Shown: in pieces, positions 42,078 to 44,732 of the stretch | Layout: every line of letters begins with the position of its first letter | Numbering within the stretch: position 1 is the first letter of the stretch | Source of the DNA: a virus | Direction: 5' to 3' (one strand) | IMG/VR virus record: IMGVR_UViG_3300000948_000001 | Location: 1 to 44,732 of that record | Length of the DNA stretch: 44,732 bases | Made by a program: the position numbers and the translations under genes | The notes under the pieces: generated by a model | Database searches by the model: none | Told to the model about the DNA's origin: nothing | The model's input: the letters and a program-made list of their open reading frames with translations, nothing else

Positions 42078-42797
42078 TTATTTTCCCCTTATTTTTTTAG
42101 AGATAAGGCCAATATCGGCTGGCTCGAACTGGTTGAGCTTCCCACTACGGTCTTTACAAATAATGTTTTTATAGTTGTCGGTAACCAAAACACGTTTACC
42201 TTCGTTGTCTCGATGAAGATACAAAACTTCATCGAAAATCGCTGGAATACGCTGTGATATTTTACCTTCTATATCAACTGTTTTGTCCTTTGAACCGTCT
42301 TCGTTTTTAGTTTCATCGACAAGGGCAAGGGCTAGGATGTTGTATCCTTTAAGATCACGTATGTCTTTTATCAACGATTCCATGCGTTCTTTGTAGTTTG
42401 TCCACTTCTCGAAACTATTTATCTTTTCACCTTTTTCTTTTTTTACTTCTTCTTCATGCTTTACTTGTTCAAGCATGTTCTGGCTTACCTCTGTAAGAGA
42501 ATCAATGACGATCCACTTGAACCCGTCTTTTTTGCCTTCTTCGGTTGTTAAGTAATCTTTAAACTTAAGAAGCCTATCGTAACGTGCGTGGCGTGGTATT
42601 GGCGTGCCTTTAGAGTCTTCGTAAAGTCTAAATGTTGGCGTGTCTAAGTCATTGATGGATTGCAGTCCGCCTTCTGCATCAATGATTACAGCCTTTTCTT
42701 TGATGGTTCTTGCAAGCGAAGTTTTACCAGCGTTTGGTTCACCAAACACAATGATACTTAATTTTTCGTTTTTTGAATCAGAAGCTTTTTTATACAT
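42078..42797 (-). CDS. Sak4-like AAA/RecA-fold ATPase (ssDNA annealing/recombination)
   Basis: Walker A FGEPNAGKTS near the N-terminus, Walker B IVIDSLTE, size about 240 aa, first gene of the leftward operon. Confidence 0.7.
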   Translation of the reverse strand: MYKKASDSKNEKLSIIVFGEPNAGKTSLARTIKEKAVIIDAEGGLQSINDLDTPTFRLYEDSKGTPIPRHARYDRLLKFKDYLTTEEGKKDGFKWIVIDSLTEVSQNMLEQVKHEEEVKKEKGEKINSFEKWTNYKERMESLIKDIRDLKGYNILALALVDETKNEDGSKDKTVDIEGKISQRIPAIFDEVLYLHRDNEGKRVLVTDNYKNIICKDRSGKLNQFEPADIGLISKKIRGK

Positions 42798-42833
42798 GCT
42801 AGTCCTTTTTTTGATTGTTTGAGATGGAAAAAA

Positions 42834-42864
42834 ACTTTACTTAACAGATCGTATTATGTAAACC
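42834..42864. promoter_or_regulatory. overlapping divergent promoters with dyad symmetry (TTTAC-N19-GTAAA)
   Basis: The minus strand reads TTTACA (42862..42857), 17 nt, TAAAGT (42839..42834). The plus strand reads TTTACT (42836..42841), 17 nt, TAAACC (42859..42864). Confidence 0.4.
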
Positions 42865-42901
42865 TTAAAATAATTAAATCAAAGAATTGGAAACAAGTGT
42901 T

Positions 42902-43180
42902 ATGAAATTAAACGATTTTATGGAACTTCACTCGATCTCAGTAACAACTATGGCTGAAGCAACGGGCCTATCACTACCTACAATAAGCAGTTATTTAGAA
43001 GGCAGAAGATCCCCTAGTGTGGATAACGCCTTTAACATAGAAAAAGTAACACTAGGTATAGTTAAGGCGTCCGATTTTATAACTGGTAATGTAAGGAAAA
43101 AGCCCGGCAGAAAAAAGAGGTGTCTAAAAAAAAAGAAGGCTACAATTAAGCAGCCTTCTTCACCAAGAACTTCCCAGTAG
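42902..43180 (+). CDS. Cro/CI-type helix-turn-helix regulator with a basic C-terminal tail
   Basis: MKLNDFMELHSISVTTMAEATGLSLPTISSYLEGRRSPS is an XRE-type HTH. The tail is KKPGRKKRCLKKKK. The track start at 42887 is TTG. Confidence 0.7.
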   Translation: MKLNDFMELHSISVTTMAEATGLSLPTISSYLEGRRSPSVDNAFNIEKVTLGIVKASDFITGNVRKKPGRKKRCLKKKKATIKQPSSPRTSQ

Positions 43181-43213
43181 TGTTAGGACTAGTAAAACCA
43201 CATAAGGACGATC

Positions 43214-44732
43214 ATGACAAAACCTACCACAAACATACAAAAACACCAACAAATATTCAGTGACTACGCCGAGCTACTTAGGGATAAAAACATATCCTTT
43301 ATACCCGTAAAAGGTAAAATTCCTGCTATTAAGAAATGGACAGATTACGCTAAAAAAGAAATACCTAAAAAAATCTATGACTCTTGGTTAAAAGATTTTC
43401 CAAGCTGCAATATCGGTGTTGTCACGGGTATGCAATCAAACCTCGTAGCAATAGACTATGATGGGGATGAAAACAACCTATTAGAAGAACTAAGAGATTT
43501 AATACCAGCGTCACCCGTAAAACGACACGGTAAAAAAGGATGGGTTCAGTTTTATATATATAATGGCGAGGTTAGCCGAAAATTCCCACACCTTAAAATA
43601 GAAGTTTTTTCAAACGGTGGACAAGTAGTTATACCACCATCCATACACCCAGAAACAAAACAACCTTACAAGTGGAACGGCTATAAATCTCTTTACGATG
43701 TGGACATGGATGATCTAGGGGTATTGCCTGATAACTTTATTGAAAAACTAGAAAAACTTGAAGCGGCCGCAAAGGAACGCTCCAAGCTATCGGCACAATC
43801 AAATGGCAAGTTTGATGCGTCCATTCTAGGTCGAAACAATACTTTATTCAAGGCTTGCTCAAAGATGGTCGGCGACCATGTTTCAAGGGATGTGATCGCA
43901 CAAGAGCTAATAAACTTAGATAAAAACCTACACGAAACACCTTGGTTTAGTGATCCAAGTGAGCCCCATAAAGGCGACGTTATGAAGGCCGTTAACCTTA
44001 TGATTGATAGGGTTGCGAGCAAAGAAAAGGATTACACTGGCAAAACAATCCTCGATGGAAAAAATCTTTTAAACCCAACAAACAAAAAAATAAAAGTAAA
44101 AGAAATAATAGAATACCAAGTTCCAGAGGTTAGTTTTCCAGAACCCATTGGTGTTATGAAAGAGCTGTGTGAATACTGTACTCACACTTCACCAATAAGC
44201 AGGCATAAGTTTTCACTGGGTGCGACCGTTGAGCTTATGGGTATACTTCTTTGCAACAAGGTTGGTTTCTTTGATGGAAGTAAAGTTCATCCAGCCAATC
44301 TATATCAATTGTTTATATCTGAATCCGGTTTCGGAAAAGACATTCCGCTTAATTTTCCAAACTCAACATTAGAAAAGTTTCATCAAAACGATTACGCAGG
44401 TGTTGGAGAGTATCGAAGTGATAAAGCCATGGTTAAGCTCTTTGGTGAAAAGCGGCAACGCATTGATACGATCGACGAAATATCATCCTTGTTTAGATCC
44501 ATGGGCAAAGGTGGTTCTCAACACCTATCAAACATGGGCGAACAGCTGGCAAAGCTTTACTCTTCGGCTGGTCGTAAATACATGGGGATGCAAAATTCAG
44601 AGGAAAGAGTTGGAGCATGTCACTCGCCTTGTCTTGGTCTAATTGGTTCTGCAACGCCGTCATCGTTTTCAGAATCATTTAACTCAAAGATATTGATGCA
44701 AGGCCTTGGTGGTCGTTTTCTATACATGTATG
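43214..44732 (+). CDS. bifunctional primase-polymerase (Prim-Pol) / PriCT / DUF3987 helicase, N-terminal part. It runs off the window end and continues at 3..830 (about 769 aa in total). It is absent from the ORF track.
   Basis: Hand translation. ISFIPVKGKIPAIKKW...NIGVVTG...LVAIDYD...VVIPPSIHPET..PYKW is the Prim-Pol signature. GRNNTLFKACSKM is PriCT-like. There is no stop before the window end. Confidence 0.85.
   Translation, partial: MTKPTTNIQKHQQIFSDYAELLRDKNISFIPVKGKIPAIKKWTDYAKKEIPKKIYDSWLKDFPSCNIGVVTGMQSNLVAIDYDGDENNLLEELRDLIPASPVKRHGKKGWVQFYIYNGEVSRKFPHLKIEVFSNGGQVVIPPSIHPETKQPYKWNGYKSLYDVDMDDLGVLPDNFIEKLEKLEAAAKERSKLSAQSNGKFDASILGRNNTLFKACSKMVGDHVSRDVIAQELINLDKNLHETPWFSDPSEPHKGDVMKAVNLMIDRVASKEKDYTGKTILDGKNLLNPTNKKIKVKEIIEYQVPEVSFPEPIGVMKELCEYCTHTSPISRHKFSLGATVELMGILLCNKVGFFDGSKVHPANLYQLFISESGFGKDIPLNFPNSTLEKFHQNDYAGVGEYRSDKAMVKLFGEKRQRIDTIDEISSLFRSMGKGGSQHLSNMGEQLAKLYSSAGRKYMGMQNSEERVGACHSPCLGLIGSATPSSFSESFNSKILMQGLGGRFLYMY
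44691..44732. repeat. Terminal direct repeat, identical to 1..42
   Basis: Read directly. Confidence 0.95.

Overview
The window is a complete, circularly closed dsDNA tailed-phage genome. Bases 1..42 are identical to 44691..44732, so the unique length is 44,690 bp, and one gene (primase-polymerase/helicase) reads through that junction. Gene packing is tight, Shine-Dalgarno sites are strong, and there are no tRNA or rRNA genes, no CRISPR array, no integrase and no transposase.

Layout:
- (i) + strand early block (1330..4802): about 15 small ORFs of unknown function, driven by duplicated sigma70-like promoter cassettes.
- (ii) A basic gpZ-like protein, then a repeat-containing, locally GC-rich candidate cos region (5585..5999).
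- (iii) + strand late operon (6000..34529): Nu1-like TerS, ParB-like nuclease and C5-cytosine methyltransferase, lambda GpA-like TerL, gpW-like protein, lambda-type portal, and a prohead protease/scaffold/major-capsid fusion. These are followed by a DUF2190 decoration protein, a Mu-like contractile tail and baseplate (DUF2635, sheath, tube, frameshifted chaperone, tape measure, gpN, gpP, gp45, gp46, gp47, gp48), three separate fibre-like loci, and a lysis cassette (lipoprotein, TM coiled-coil protein, GH108 endolysin).
- (iv) - strand early/replication-recombination block (34513..42797): YqaJ exonuclease, VRR-NUC, SF2 helicase, an SSB-like protein with a DDVPF tail, a Sak4-like ATPase, and several small paralogous genes.
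- (v) A divergent promoter region, a Cro-like HTH protein, and a Prim-Pol/DUF3987 primase-helicase that wraps to 3..830, followed by an AT-rich iteron/inverted-repeat region (candidate origin).

The endolysin type and the lipoprotein plus TM coiled-coil pair point to a Gram-negative host.

Most worth a second look:
- three DUF2829 (Tad2-like) paralogs and two other small paralog families shared between the two early arms;
- a conserved 18-nt gene-junction cassette;
- the putative cos and ori regions;
- the duplicated promoter/operator cassettes sharing a CCGTATAGT motif;
- the multi-fibre late accessory region.

All family assignments come from motif recognition by eye. No database search was run.
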